A stretch of DNA of 63,897 bases, filler included, from SAR324 cluster bacterium (GTDB taxonomy: Bacteria; SAR324; JACQKK01), in the NCBI GenBank assembly GCA_022574555.1. It is 3 parts of 3 records of this genome, joined end to end, with 100 filler letters (N's around TTAATTAATTAA, not from the genome) between each part and the next. Parts side by side here need not be neighbours in the genome. Positions count along the whole stretch, not along the records: positions 44,583 to 63,897 come from JACZRV010000088.1; 2 more parts are not named here. One strand, written 5' to 3'. Each line of letters starts with the position of its first letter. Within the stretch, counting starts at the first letter, position 1. The position numbers and the translations under genes are program-made. This document shows positions 51,931 through 61,789 of this stretch, piece by piece. The notes under the pieces were generated by a model that saw only the letters and a program-made list of their open reading frames with translations, did no database searches and was not told where the DNA came from.

Positions 51931-53100
51931 TTACTCGCTCCTCCGCGGATTGGAGAACACAATGCGGTTACGGGTAGCGGACTGCACTTGCAGGGTCAGT
52001 CCTTTGTCCCGCATCCCGCGCCGAACCAAGCGGCGAAGCCGGGACGGCGACTCATTGGTAAACAGCTCGATCTCCATGTAATTTATAGTATTTTTGAGTT
52101 CCGATAGTTGTTGAAAACCCGGCGTGTTTTCCAGGTAGTCGAGGATCACATCCTTCTCGTCGTCGTCAAATCCGCGGAAAATCATCAAGATTCCATTCCC
52201 TTGGTCTCCCACTTGCTGGTAATAGATGGCGATCTTGGCGATCGCCTCTTCCGCTCCCTTCCTGGCCGCCTTCATGGCGGCGGTCGCGAGACCTTTTTCC
52301 CAGTCGTAAGGCCCGGCATTGCTTCGCAGCAGTTGCTTGCCCTCGTTTTGGGCGTCCGCAATCTGACGGCCCGTCGTCGCGTCGTAGACACTGATACGGA
52401 TGGTCGCGAAGGCGGCGGAGAATTGCCCGCCCTCGGTCCCTCGTTTGCCGGCTATGTTCTCGAAGCTGACCAGGATATCCGCCTGCTGATCGAGGGCCAT
52501 GGCGATAAGATCGTCCACGGGCCGGTCCACTCGCGCCGCCACTTCGATTTCCTGGTAGATCTTGCCCGTGGCCGCCTCGTTGAACAGGCGGAAACCCGCG
52601 TTGTTGAAGCTGTCGCGCAGGGTCTGTAACGCCGCCTTGGTTGCGCCATGGGTGCGTTTTACGGCGTGGGGATTTTCGGAGTGGTAGATCACCATCATTC
52701 GTTGGTTTCCCATCTTCTTGTGAAGAATTCCCAAATCCGAAAGCGTGTCTTCCAACTTGGCCTGGGAAACATTGGCCCTGATTTTTACGATATAGGCGGA
52801 CCCATCGGCGGTCTTGTTTTCTTCCAGAACGAGATAGTCGGTCACAACGCCCTTGGCTGAAGTGAATATCTGGTCCATATCTATTTCGAAATTCTTGGTG
52901 CGGGTCTGTGATTCCAATATAACGCCCACGCCCTGCTCCACGGCGCTTCGCTGCGCATTCTGCAAGGCTTGATTCCGTGCGCCGCCGAGATTGCCGGAAA
53001 GGATGGCGGCCATTCCCGTGGCTTCCACCTCTATCGCCGCGGCGGGCCGCACAAACATACCGCATACGAGCAAGATCAGGAGCAAACGAATCGGTTTCAT
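51931..53100 (-). CDS. Exported protein with FlgT N-terminal-like domain
   Basis: Signal peptide, then VEATG.A.I..G....ARNQALQNA.RSAVEQGVGV...SQT pattern. Confidence 0.7.
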   Translation of the reverse strand: MKPIRLLLILLVCGMFVRPAAAIEVEATGMAAILSGNLGGARNQALQNAQRSAVEQGVGVILESQTRTKNFEIDMDQIFTSAKGVVTDYLVLEENKTADGSAYIVKIRANVSQAKLEDTLSDLGILHKKMGNQRMMVIYHSENPHAVKRTHGATKAALQTLRDSFNNAGFRLFNEAATGKIYQEIEVAARVDRPVDDLIAMALDQQADILVSFENIAGKRGTEGGQFSAAFATIRISVYDATTGRQIADAQNEGKQLLRSNAGPYDWEKGLATAAMKAARKGAEEAIAKIAIYYQQVGDQGNGILMIFRGFDDDEKDVILDYLENTPGFQQLSELKNTINYMEIELFTNESPSRLRRLVRRGMRDKGLTLQVQSATRNRIVFSNPRRSE

Positions 53101-53186
53101 GGCGAATTTCCTCTGTATCCAATGGCTTAAGGGGGTTGTCCAAGTGGGGCCCACCGGCGCTGCGGACGGCCGATGAGTTTCACCGG

Positions 53187-54644
53187 CTATTGAATGGTAT
53201 CCTCGTCCAGGGGCACTTCGAACGGTTCGAAATCATCCTCGGGCCCTATGGATTCCAAAGGGACTGGTTCCAAGGGTACCGGTTCCAACGCCTCGATATC
53301 AGGCAATTCGGCTGCTTGTATCTCAAACCCTTCTCTGTCTTCGCCCGAAAATGCAGGGCTGCTCGCTTGCGCCATGATGCGATCCAGCCGATCCTGAATC
53401 TCTTCGTTGCGCAAGCCCGAAACCGGCAGCACGGTTTCCTGTACCGGCCCGGAAATATGACGAATGTATCCCGGGGGCGGAATACGCATGTAGATCCGTA
53501 TGGCCTCTAGAGTCGAAAGATCGCCGGGAATCATTTGACGTCCACCCTGTACGAGGGCCCACGAGTCCAAATTCTGGTCCGATGGATTGTGGGCGTAGGC
53601 CATTGCATAATGGAAAGAAGCCAGGTCCTTCTGTTTGTGAAATTTGTAGTACTCGGCAAGATTATGGTGGGCCGAGGCGATATTCAGATGGATGCGATTT
53701 TCCCTCTCATTGGCGAGTGCCAGAATACGATCTTCCATTGACGATACTTCTCCGAGCTCCGAACGAATATTTGTCCGCAGTTCGACAAAGGTCACCGGTG
53801 CGCTGGCGGCGAGCGGCCGGAGCCGATCTAGTTCCGCGTCATCCATACCCTCTTCGCCGAGATAGAAGAGTGCGCGGCGGGCGATACGGTACCCTGCGTC
53901 CTCCGCTCCGTATTCTGGCTGATAGAGCACCAGCTCCCAAAGTAATATTGCTTTTTCAAATCTATTTTGTGCGGCATAGCGGTTGCCATTTGCCAAAGCC
54001 GGTATCGCATATTTCAGCCTCGTGTCCGGGTCGGTGGCATCCTCGATTACCATCGATTCGGTGTCGACGATGGGAAGCAGGGCTTGTACGAAGGTATCCG
54101 CCAGTTCCATCAGCGCATTCTGGGTATCGAACAACACAGTGGAGACCGTCTCTTGAGGCAAGTAGACCTTCTGAAAGGAATATTTTCTGTCGATCCGCAA
54201 TGGCGGGTCGTTCGAGGCCTGGAACCGGATTTCAATCGAGGCGGACATCTCGATGGACCTCACGTAAATTCCGTCGCCTTGGCGCTCCCGCACCTGAAAG
54301 CCAGTAACGGTACCCGACAGAAAAGCCACGCTGGGAAGTTCATGGGGCGGCTCGTCGACGGTCAGCATGTCCGGACGGGATTCCAGCTGCTTTCGCAACT
54401 CGTTTTGCAAGTATGTCACATCGGCGGATGCGATCTCGGCACTAAAATTCTGAGAAAACGGTTCAATAACAATAGTATTGATGCGCGGCGGGAGGCGATG
54501 GGGAAAGACCGGATTATCGACGCGATTGGGCCAAATGGAGCAGCCACCAATGAACGCCAACAACACCGGTAAGAATGCCACCCGGGATAGAAATCCCGCA
54601 TGTGCCCGATTTTTCGTCACCGAAAATCCAATCTGCATCATCAT
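53187..54644 (-). CDS. Hypothetical lipoprotein with TPR-like helices and acidic Pro-rich tail
   Basis: Lipobox-like IGGC; AHHNLAEYY...A..HY..A; EPVPL repeats at the C-terminus. Confidence 0.7.
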   Translation of the reverse strand: MMMQIGFSVTKNRAHAGFLSRVAFLPVLLAFIGGCSIWPNRVDNPVFPHRLPPRINTIVIEPFSQNFSAEIASADVTYLQNELRKQLESRPDMLTVDEPPHELPSVAFLSGTVTGFQVRERQGDGIYVRSIEMSASIEIRFQASNDPPLRIDRKYSFQKVYLPQETVSTVLFDTQNALMELADTFVQALLPIVDTESMVIEDATDPDTRLKYAIPALANGNRYAAQNRFEKAILLWELVLYQPEYGAEDAGYRIARRALFYLGEEGMDDAELDRLRPLAASAPVTFVELRTNIRSELGEVSSMEDRILALANERENRIHLNIASAHHNLAEYYKFHKQKDLASFHYAMAYAHNPSDQNLDSWALVQGGRQMIPGDLSTLEAIRIYMRIPPPGYIRHISGPVQETVLPVSGLRNEEIQDRLDRIMAQASSPAFSGEDREGFEIQAAELPDIEALEPVPLEPVPLESIGPEDDFEPFEVPLDEDTIQ

Positions 54645-54680
54645 ATTTGCGCTCCGGGCTGTCCACTTGCGGATCGCTGT

Positions 54681-55148
54681 TCAGAGGGGGTCGTATTGCG
54701 CCATAACCTCCAGCAACCGCGCCAGGTAGGGTGCGGAGCTTGATTCTGCCACCTCGTCCTGAAACGCCGTAATGTACACATCGATGAGCCACACGAGGGC
54801 CAGCGATATGACCAGCCCCTTAAGCACCCCGATCCCTGCACCGGCTATGCTGCTGAGAAATCCGGGGGGCTTGGAGCGGACGAAATCGCCGAAACCACCG
54901 GCGAAAGTGCCGACCAGATAACCCAATGCCAGGATCATCAAAAAGGAGAGCAATTCCGCCAGGCTCAAATCGCGTACGACCGGCTCGAGCATCTTGCCCA
55001 AATCGTTGTGGTAGCGCGTCGCCGCCCAATAGCCGCCAGCAAGCCCGAGCAGCGAGATCAACTCTTTCAACGCGCCTCGCATGTAACTGAAAAAAGCGAA
55101 TGCAACGATGATTACGGCGAGGGTCAAATCGAAAAAGTTGAAGCTCAC
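54681..55148 (-). CDS. cvpA: CvpA-family membrane protein
   Basis: N.FD......RG.LKELISLLG and G..IGVLKG motifs, 4 TM segments. Confidence 0.88.
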   Translation of the reverse strand: MSFNFFDLTLAVIIVAFAFFSYMRGALKELISLLGLAGGYWAATRYHNDLGKMLEPVVRDLSLAELLSFLMILALGYLVGTFAGGFGDFVRSKPPGFLSSIAGAGIGVLKGLVISLALVWLIDVYITAFQDEVAESSSAPYLARLLEVMAQYDPL

Positions 55149-55341
55149 GGATTGGCTCCTAACCCGGCAGTACCCAGCAGGGCATTATATGCATTGCCAT
55201 TCAATTTCGGCGCCATTTCCGCCCGCCATCGGATCCGCCGGGGAGGGTGCCGCGGCAATATTGAGAGCGCCTGCGCAGGGTGGAATGTACCGTGAATTGT
55301 ACAAACGGTGCGGGGTAGATCAGGACGTGTCCCTCAGGACC

Positions 55342-55824
55342 TCAAAACGGACGAATCCGGCGCAGGGCATCGTAGACAACGATAGCGGCAGCGGATGATA
55401 AATTCAAGGAGCGCACGCCCGGCTCGACCATCGGAATCGTGTAGGTTTGGCGCCGGTATTTCGCGAGCCATTCTTTGGGGAGCCCTGCCGTCTCCTTGCC
55501 GAAAAGCAGGTAATCGCCGCGGCAGACGGGCATGTGGGTATAGGGTACGTCGGCATGGGTCGTCAGCAAGTGGATGGCCCGTTGGGGCAGCCCGGCGAGC
55601 CATGCTTCGGCGTCGGGCTCGTACTCCCAACTCACGTATTCCCAATAGTCCAACCCCGCCCGTTTCAATGATTTGTCACTCAACTCAAATCCCAGGTCGC
55701 CGGTCATGATCAGGTGACAACCGGCCGCGGCGCAAAGCCGGGCGATGTTACCGGCATTGGGTGGGATTTGGGGATCGACCAGCACGACGTTCAAAGGCGG
55801 CGAATCCAGCAGGCGGTGCTTCAT
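55342..55824 (-). CDS. trmL: tRNA (cytidine/uridine-34 2'-O)-methyltransferase
   Basis: PQIPPNAGNIARLCA, LKRAGLDYW, FGKETAGLP and RSLNLS motifs. Confidence 0.96.
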   Translation of the reverse strand: MKHRLLDSPPLNVVLVDPQIPPNAGNIARLCAAAGCHLIMTGDLGFELSDKSLKRAGLDYWEYVSWEYEPDAEAWLAGLPQRAIHLLTTHADVPYTHMPVCRGDYLLFGKETAGLPKEWLAKYRRQTYTIPMVEPGVRSLNLSSAAAIVVYDALRRIRPF

Positions 55825-55839
55825 GGGGTGCGGGCCGAT

Positions 55840-56721
55840 TCAGTGAACGTAAGCGCCCATGCGCAGATACCGCAAAACGATGTCCTCGAAGGACGCACTG
55901 GTAAACGCTCGCATGTATTCGATTTGATGCCGGCGACAGAACGACTCCGCGTGGTCCAGGTAGGCCAGCATGCGGCGGTGGTATTTTTCCCGGATCGCCG
56001 GTGTAAGGGAGATCTTTTGCTCGCCGCCGCCTTCCACGTCGAACAAAATATGCGGCCCGCCAACATTGATTCGAATCTCCGATTCGTCCAGCAAGTGGAT
56101 CACCAACACGTCGAACCGGCTGGCGGCGAGAAATTTCAGTCCGTCGTCAAACCCATCTGGATCCAGCAGGTCGGTCACCAAAACGACCAACCCGCCCGGA
56201 ATATTCCTGCGCATAAATCGGATGATGGTCTCGTTGAAATGCCCGGAGCCCTTACATTGAATATCCTCGAGTATCCGGAATAAGCTGAACGCCTGGTTCT
56301 TGCTGCGCTGGTAATGAACCAATTCCTGGAGGTCCTGGCCCATGCCGAAAAGGCTGACCCGGTCCTGCTGGGCCAGCGCGATATATCCCAGGGAGCCGGC
56401 CACCTGGCGGGCCAATTGGATTTTCGGCGGAGTGCCGACCCCCATCGAGGCGGAGTGATCCAACAGGATATAGACGTTCAGGTCATGTTCGGGCGAGAAG
56501 AGCTTGAGGTAGAGCTTTTCCGTGCGGCTGAAGACGTTCCAGTCGATCAGCCGGAAGTCGTCTCCAGGATAGTAGCGGCGATACTCGTTGAATTCCAGGC
56601 TGACGCCCTTGCCCAACGAGAGGTGCTCGCCGGCGGAGCGGTTTCGGAGCAGGCGTCGAGCCAATAGCTGGAGTCGTTCCAGCTTGTTCAAGTATTCTTG
56701 GTCGAACAGCGTCGAAGCCAT
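55840..56721 (-). CDS. DUF58-domain protein (MoxR-associated)
   Basis: G.SLEF.EYR.Y.PGDDFR.IDWN...RT.KLY.K, LLDHSASM and VTDL motifs. Confidence 0.92.
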   Translation of the reverse strand: MASTLFDQEYLNKLERLQLLARRLLRNRSAGEHLSLGKGVSLEFNEYRRYYPGDDFRLIDWNVFSRTEKLYLKLFSPEHDLNVYILLDHSASMGVGTPPKIQLARQVAGSLGYIALAQQDRVSLFGMGQDLQELVHYQRSKNQAFSLFRILEDIQCKGSGHFNETIIRFMRRNIPGGLVVLVTDLLDPDGFDDGLKFLAASRFDVLVIHLLDESEIRINVGGPHILFDVEGGGEQKISLTPAIREKYHRRMLAYLDHAESFCRRHQIEYMRAFTSASFEDIVLRYLRMGAYVH

Positions 56722-56734
56722 CGCACCCGTCGCC

Positions 56735-57718
56735 CTATTCGGGCTGAATAGAATCCAACAGAAATCGAACGATGTCCTCGGTGGTATGACCCTCCGCCTC
56801 GCCCTCAAAATTGAGAATGATTCGATGGCGAAGACACGCCGGCGCCAAGGCACGGATGTCCTCGAAGCTGACGTTGAGCCTGCCGCCGAGAAGAGCCCGT
56901 GTCTTTGCGCCGAGGATGATGCTTTGCAGGCCACGTGGGCTCGATCCGTAGCGAACAAATTTTCGGGTCTGCTCCACGGATTCTTCGTTGCCGGGGTGCG
57001 TGCCCATCACCAAACGCAACGCATAGTCCTTTACGGCTCTCGCGATCGGTATCTGGCGCACCAGGGCCTGCAGGTCCTTCACGCGTGCGTTGTCCATTAC
57101 GGCTTGAATCTGCTCCTCCTCCGCCTCGGTCGTTTTGTCGATAATCAGACTCAACTCGTCGCGGCTCGGATAGTCCATGACGAGCTTGAAGAGGAAGCGG
57201 TCCAGTTGGGCTTCCGGGAGCGGGTAGGTGCCCTCCATTTCGATCGGATTCTGGGTGGCGAGCACCAGAAACGGATCGGGGAGGATAAATTCCTCCCGGC
57301 CCACGGTGACCCTGGCTTCCTGCATGGCCTCCAGCAGGGCCGATTGGGTCTTGGGGGTGGCGCGATTGATCTCGTCGGCCAGAACAATGTTCGCGAAAAC
57401 CGGTCCCTGCTGGAACTCAAAGTATCGCTTGCCCGCGTCGTCTTCCACGACCATGCGCGTGCCGATGATATCGGCCGGCATGAGGTCCGGCGTGAACTGG
57501 ATGCGAGAGAAATCCAGGTGCAGCGCCTCGCCGATGCTCTTGATGATCAGCGTCTTGCCCAAGCCGGGCGGTCCTTCCAGCAGGGCGTGGCCGCTGCAAA
57601 GCAGGCAGGTCAGGATGCCGTCGATAATATCATCGTTGCCGACGATCTTTTTACGCAGTTCCTGCCTGATACTTTGAAAATCGGTTTTTACCGAGTCGAT
57701 TCTAGCTTCTAAATCCAT
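56735..57718 (-). CDS. MoxR-family AAA+ ATPase
   Basis: HALLEGPPGLGKT, RIQFTPDLMPADI, ADEINRATPKTQSALLEAM and ATQNPIE.EGTYPLPEAQLDRF motifs. Confidence 0.96.
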   Translation of the reverse strand: MDLEARIDSVKTDFQSIRQELRKKIVGNDDIIDGILTCLLCSGHALLEGPPGLGKTLIIKSIGEALHLDFSRIQFTPDLMPADIIGTRMVVEDDAGKRYFEFQQGPVFANIVLADEINRATPKTQSALLEAMQEARVTVGREEFILPDPFLVLATQNPIEMEGTYPLPEAQLDRFLFKLVMDYPSRDELSLIIDKTTEAEEEQIQAVMDNARVKDLQALVRQIPIARAVKDYALRLVMGTHPGNEESVEQTRKFVRYGSSPRGLQSIILGAKTRALLGGRLNVSFEDIRALAPACLRHRIILNFEGEAEGHTTEDIVRFLLDSIQPE

Positions 57719-57950
57719 CTTTCAGGGCCGTCGGGAAAACGAGATTGAGAGGATAGGCCCGGCCGCACATCCAGGCAGCACATAATTCCAAGGCAATTTC
57801 GCCTCGAACCGCTCGATTGGGGGATATCCCAAGTTCCAATTCGGGCTTTGTCCACAATGAGGAATCGCCGGCTGTAACCTATGTCTTCCGGTCGCATGAG
57901 GCCGGAAAGTCCAAGTGGCCGGAGGGCCCGCGAATGGGTGCGGAACCAAG

Positions 57951-59489
57951 TCAGTTTGCGCCGTTCTTGAGTTGCTCCAGTTCGATGAAATACGCCTTCA
58001 CGACGGAGCGGTAGGCCCGAGGAATTTCCATACCTCCTTGGGCCGAAACGGTGGTGCGATGGAACTCGGGTAAGCCGGTTTCTCTTATCACTTCGCGTGC
58101 ATTCAACATCGGTAATTGTCTCACCCAAAGCTCCTCGAACGCTTCTTCGGTTTCCGCACCTCGCACCTGGGTATCGTAGAACGCGGTCTCTTCCGGCATT
58201 GAATCTTCCTTGGCGGGCGCATTTTCCGCCGGAATGCCGTCATAGCTTTGCACCTCCAGGGCGTCAGTTCCACCTGAGGAAAGGGGCGCATCCTCGTTGG
58301 CCTCCGCCCGGTCCGCGCCGGGGGTGCCTACTTGCGGATTGACGTCCGCCTGCAGATTTTCCATCGCGCTACGTGACGGATTTACGCTCTGATTTTCGCT
58401 GACCGACATGATTTGCATGTTGAGGGTCTGGGTCGCATCAGTCAGCCGTCGTAGCGCTCTTTCCAAAAGGAAGCGCTCGAGATCGAACTCATTTTCCAAA
58501 ATGCGCGGGTTTTGCGCCTCATTTTCGGGTCGGCTGCGCGACTCGGGATCCCTCTGGGGACCCGGGGAAGCGCGGTCCGCCAATGGGTCCTCATCGCTGC
58601 GGGTAGTCACCAAATTTCCTTCGCGAACATCCGCGCCCGAGTCGGTTTCGCGGATGGTGTTGGCCCGTTCACCCTGCTCCATCTGCTTGATGGCCGGGAG
58701 TTCGCCGCCGGCCAACGATTCGGTGCCCGGATGCGCGTCCGCTTTCGCCGGCGGATCCTCGCTTTCCGCGAGAGACTGAGCGAGCGTAGCCAGCTTTTCG
58801 AGGTCCCTGACGGCCTCCTCGGGGCTCGTTTGGCCGCCCTGGAACGTTTCTGAGGTCTTTTGAATTTCCGTGGCGAGGATCTGAACCTTGGCCAGCTTCT
58901 CGTGTTCGGCGATCTCCTGCAATTGCGCGGACCATTTTTCGAGTCGCAGACCCTCTTCGGCCACGGGTGAGCGGAGCCCCGTATCGATGACCTGGATGGG
59001 GTGTACCCACGATAGGGGAATCACCAGCAGCGACAAAGCAGCCAAGGCGAAGATTCCCGCCGCGGCTTCCCGGCGGCCCACATCGAATGGAACCAGCCGC
59101 GGCACATCCACGCGCCGCGCCAATGTTTCACAGCGGGCGCGCAACGCGGGAAGAAAGGGATGATCGGGGTGCTCATGCTCCAATTCGAACGTGGTGCTAA
59201 GTTGTTCCTCCCCGTCATATTCCCGGTCTGCGCTAAGCAGCAGCGCTGCCAGGTTCGCTTTGGCGCGAATCCAAATCCAAGCCCAGCCGAGCGCAAGTAA
59301 TATCGCCAATCCGATCAACGCCGGCAGCAGCATCAGGTCCGGCCACCAGAGCCGCTCGACGCCCGTTGCGATTACTGCCAACGCAGTCATCATGCCGGTC
59401 CATGCAACCATGTTGCGCAATCGTTGCATCCCTCGCTCTCGCTTGGCGAGGCGCCGGGTCATGCGATCCATCTCTTCTGTGCGATCCAT
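57951..59489 (-). CDS. Hypothetical membrane protein (3 TM, coiled coil, acidic disordered region), MoxR-operon associated
   Basis: TM segments, LSTTFE motif, C-terminal IPRAYRSVVKAYF typical of MoxR-linked proteins. Confidence 0.75.
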   Translation of the reverse strand: MDRTEEMDRMTRRLAKRERGMQRLRNMVAWTGMMTALAVIATGVERLWWPDLMLLPALIGLAILLALGWAWIWIRAKANLAALLLSADREYDGEEQLSTTFELEHEHPDHPFLPALRARCETLARRVDVPRLVPFDVGRREAAAGIFALAALSLLVIPLSWVHPIQVIDTGLRSPVAEEGLRLEKWSAQLQEIAEHEKLAKVQILATEIQKTSETFQGGQTSPEEAVRDLEKLATLAQSLAESEDPPAKADAHPGTESLAGGELPAIKQMEQGERANTIRETDSGADVREGNLVTTRSDEDPLADRASPGPQRDPESRSRPENEAQNPRILENEFDLERFLLERALRRLTDATQTLNMQIMSVSENQSVNPSRSAMENLQADVNPQVGTPGADRAEANEDAPLSSGGTDALEVQSYDGIPAENAPAKEDSMPEETAFYDTQVRGAETEEAFEELWVRQLPMLNAREVIRETGLPEFHRTTVSAQGGMEIPRAYRSVVKAYFIELEQLKNGAN

Positions 59490-59633
59490 ATGCAACTCGA
59501 GGCGCCGGAATTTTTAGTGGCGCGATTCGGCCTAAAAATGCCTATCTCATTCGACCGGGAATTGCTACACGACATTAGTGGAAGGCCCGCTCCATGGGGC
59601 CAATTCAGGGTGGAGTTCACGCGTGAGGGGCGC

Positions 59634-59825
59634 TTAGACGTCCTCAAGAATCATGACGACATTCATGCGCACCGTATCCCCATCCTCGCTAAGGGATCGA
59701 ATCTCATACAACTTGCCATTATAGGTGAACTCGCGCCCTACCGCCAAATCGTCGAGGTCCAGGGCATCCAGCGGCAGCCGCACCGAACTGGCGTGACCCA
59801 CGATCCCATAGATGATCACTTCCAT
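59634..59825 (-). CDS. Small hypothetical protein (63 aa)
   Basis: ATG start, protein-like beta-rich composition, host-like codon usage. Confidence 0.55.
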   Translation of the reverse strand: MEVIIYGIVGHASSVRLPLDALDLDDLAVGREFTYNGKLYEIRSLSEDGDTVRMNVVMILEDV

Positions 59826-59999
59826 GTTCTACTCACTGGGGTTTGACCATCCATCGAGAAAGCCATAAAGAAATGCAAGACGGCGTTGGTCCTTGCCCGA
59901 GGAATACCACATTCGGGCGTCGCCCGGCAGCACGCATTTGCGGAAGCGGGTGAGAACCGTCACCCCGTCAACGCAGGCAACCGGTTACTGAGGATAGAT

Positions 60000-60149
60000 A
60001 TGCAACCCCTGGTTTCAGAAATCATACCGGTCACCAAGACCGAAGCACCGCCCAAAAAGTTGGACCTCTCCCACGTGGCGCCTCCGGAAAACGTGGAGGA
60101 GATGCGAATTGAAGAGATCACTATTGACGGTATCTGCGGCGTCTATTGA
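60000..60149 (+). CDS. mftA: Mycofactocin precursor peptide MftA (variant, 49 aa)
   Basis: GAGGA RBS; C-terminus EEITIDGICGVY versus canonical EEVSIDGMCGVY; precedes mftB and mftC. Confidence 0.95.
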   Translation: MQPLVSEIIPVTKTEAPPKKLDLSHVAPPENVEEMRIEEITIDGICGVY

Positions 60150-60263
60150 TCTATTGACGCGGCGGGAAGGCCAGCGCGGGCACATAGACCGTAGAATCGA
60201 ACCTGCGTGGAATAATAATTCGCTGCGCGAACACCCCAGCTTGCAAATTTACCGGAATTATCC

Positions 60264-60545
60264 ATGGATCCATCCAGAACCTATAGGCTCGCCGCTGGTT
60301 TTTCGTGGCGCAGGGAGTCATTCGGCGGAATTCTGTTTCATTTCGAGGGAAGCAAGCCCGATCCGCGATTGACTTTCGTGGAATCGGCTTTCCTGATCGA
60401 TCTCCTCGAGCTCACCGAGCAAGCTCCCCTGGGCCAAATAATGGCAGAAGCGGCCGTCTGGTTTCGGCTCGATGAAGGCCAATGCGGGGCCATGAAGGAC
60501 TTCTTCAACACCCTCATCGAGAGAGAGGCCCTTGTTCCCCAATAA
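60264..60545 (+). CDS. mftB: Mycofactocin RRE chaperone MftB (PqqD-like)
   Basis: DP.R.YRL......R.E.FGGILFHF....RLTF pattern; located between mftA and mftC. Confidence 0.88.
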   Translation: MDPSRTYRLAAGFSWRRESFGGILFHFEGSKPDPRLTFVESAFLIDLLELTEQAPLGQIMAEAAVWFRLDEGQCGAMKDFFNTLIEREALVPQ

Positions 60546-61638
60546 AAAGATCGGCGGAATCATCAAAAGCGGCGGTCTAAGCGCACCCATTACCGTCACG
60601 TGGGAGCTGACCAACCGTTGCAACCTCCGCTGCCGTCATTGCCTCTCGGATTCGAGTCCCGAGGCCGATATACGCGGGGAATTGAATCTGGACGAGGCGA
60701 AGGCGGTGGCTGGGCAATTGGCCGCGGCCGGCGTGTTCCAGGTGCATTTCGGGGGTGGCGAGCCTTTCGTTTATCCCGGATTTTTCGAGCTGCTTCACCA
60801 TTGCCGCACACAGGGCATGGGCTGCATCTGCATCAGTACGAACGGGTCACTTCTCGACGATCGGCGCATCGGGGAGCTGGAAACATTGGGCGGCGTCTAC
60901 CTGCAACTCAGCTTGGACGGCGGAACCGAATCGGGTTGCGACGCCATCCGCGGAGCGGGCACATTTCGCAAGGTGATCGCGGCGCTGGAACGGCTCATGG
61001 CATCCTCCATCGTCCGAACGATCAATTTTGTCTATTGCCGCTCCAATGCCCATGAGCTTGACGATGTCCTGCAATTGGCGGGGAAATTTGACGCGACCTT
61101 GCGCGTGACGCGGCTCAAGCCCTCGGGTCGCGGCGCGGCGATTTACGAAACGATGCGACCCACACAAGACCAGCTTGTCCGCCTGCACGAGTGGCTGGGC
61201 GCACATCCCGGCGTTCTCACCGGCGACACGTTTTTTCACCTCAATCCGCTCGGATCGACGCCCCTGAAGGGCTTCCAGTTTTGCGGAGCGGCCAAGCTGA
61301 CCTGCCTGATCACACCCGGAGGCGATGTCTATCCCTGCGCCTTTACCCAGACGGAAAACTTCAGGGCGGGCAACCTCCGCCGGGAATCGTTCCTGGCCAT
61401 CTGGCGTGAGTCTGGGGTTTTCAACGGAGTCTTTCGCGCGGGAACCGAAGGGCCGTGCGGCTCGTGCGTCGCTCACGAAACCTGCGGCGGCGGATGCCCA
61501 GCGGTCAAGTATGCCGTGGCCGGGCGATTGGATATTCCCGATCCCGATTGCGTGCTGCCGGTTCATCTGAGGCAGGCAGAGCGCTCCCGCCCGCCTCAGA
61601 TCTCCGATCGCTCGTCCCAGACGCTCACGATGGGCTGA
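60532..61638 (+). CDS. mftC: Mycofactocin radical SAM/SPASM maturase MftC
   Basis: GLSAPITVTWELTNRCNLRCRHCLS, GGGEP, TRLKPSGRG, GDTFFHL, CGAAKLTCLI.P.GDVYPC and C..C.....CGGGC...PDPDCV motifs. Confidence 0.95.
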   Translation: MFPNKKIGGIIKSGGLSAPITVTWELTNRCNLRCRHCLSDSSPEADIRGELNLDEAKAVAGQLAAAGVFQVHFGGGEPFVYPGFFELLHHCRTQGMGCICISTNGSLLDDRRIGELETLGGVYLQLSLDGGTESGCDAIRGAGTFRKVIAALERLMASSIVRTINFVYCRSNAHELDDVLQLAGKFDATLRVTRLKPSGRGAAIYETMRPTQDQLVRLHEWLGAHPGVLTGDTFFHLNPLGSTPLKGFQFCGAAKLTCLITPGGDVYPCAFTQTENFRAGNLRRESFLAIWRESGVFNGVFRAGTEGPCGSCVAHETCGGGCPAVKYAVAGRLDIPDPDCVLPVHLRQAERSRPPQISDRSSQTLTMG

Positions 61639-61789
61639 AGCGTCCTGATTATTCGTGGCTAATCTCATTTTTGTTGAGTTTTTTGCGGCTCAGCACCCAA
61701 GAAATACGCGCTGCCCGCAGACCCGGGCGCCGGCGGGAAATTTTACGCAGGTGCCGGCGGTGTGCCCTGCATCGCGCTGAATCCGCGCC

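Noticed and set aside
57896..57950. GGAAAGTCC resembling the RNase P RNA signature
   Set aside because: The flanking consensus is missing and there is no room for a roughly 350-nt RNA before the adjacent CDS.
59886..59999. 87-aa extended version of MftA from the upstream TTG
   Set aside because: The ATG at 60000 has a good GAGGA RBS, and the extension looks non-coding.
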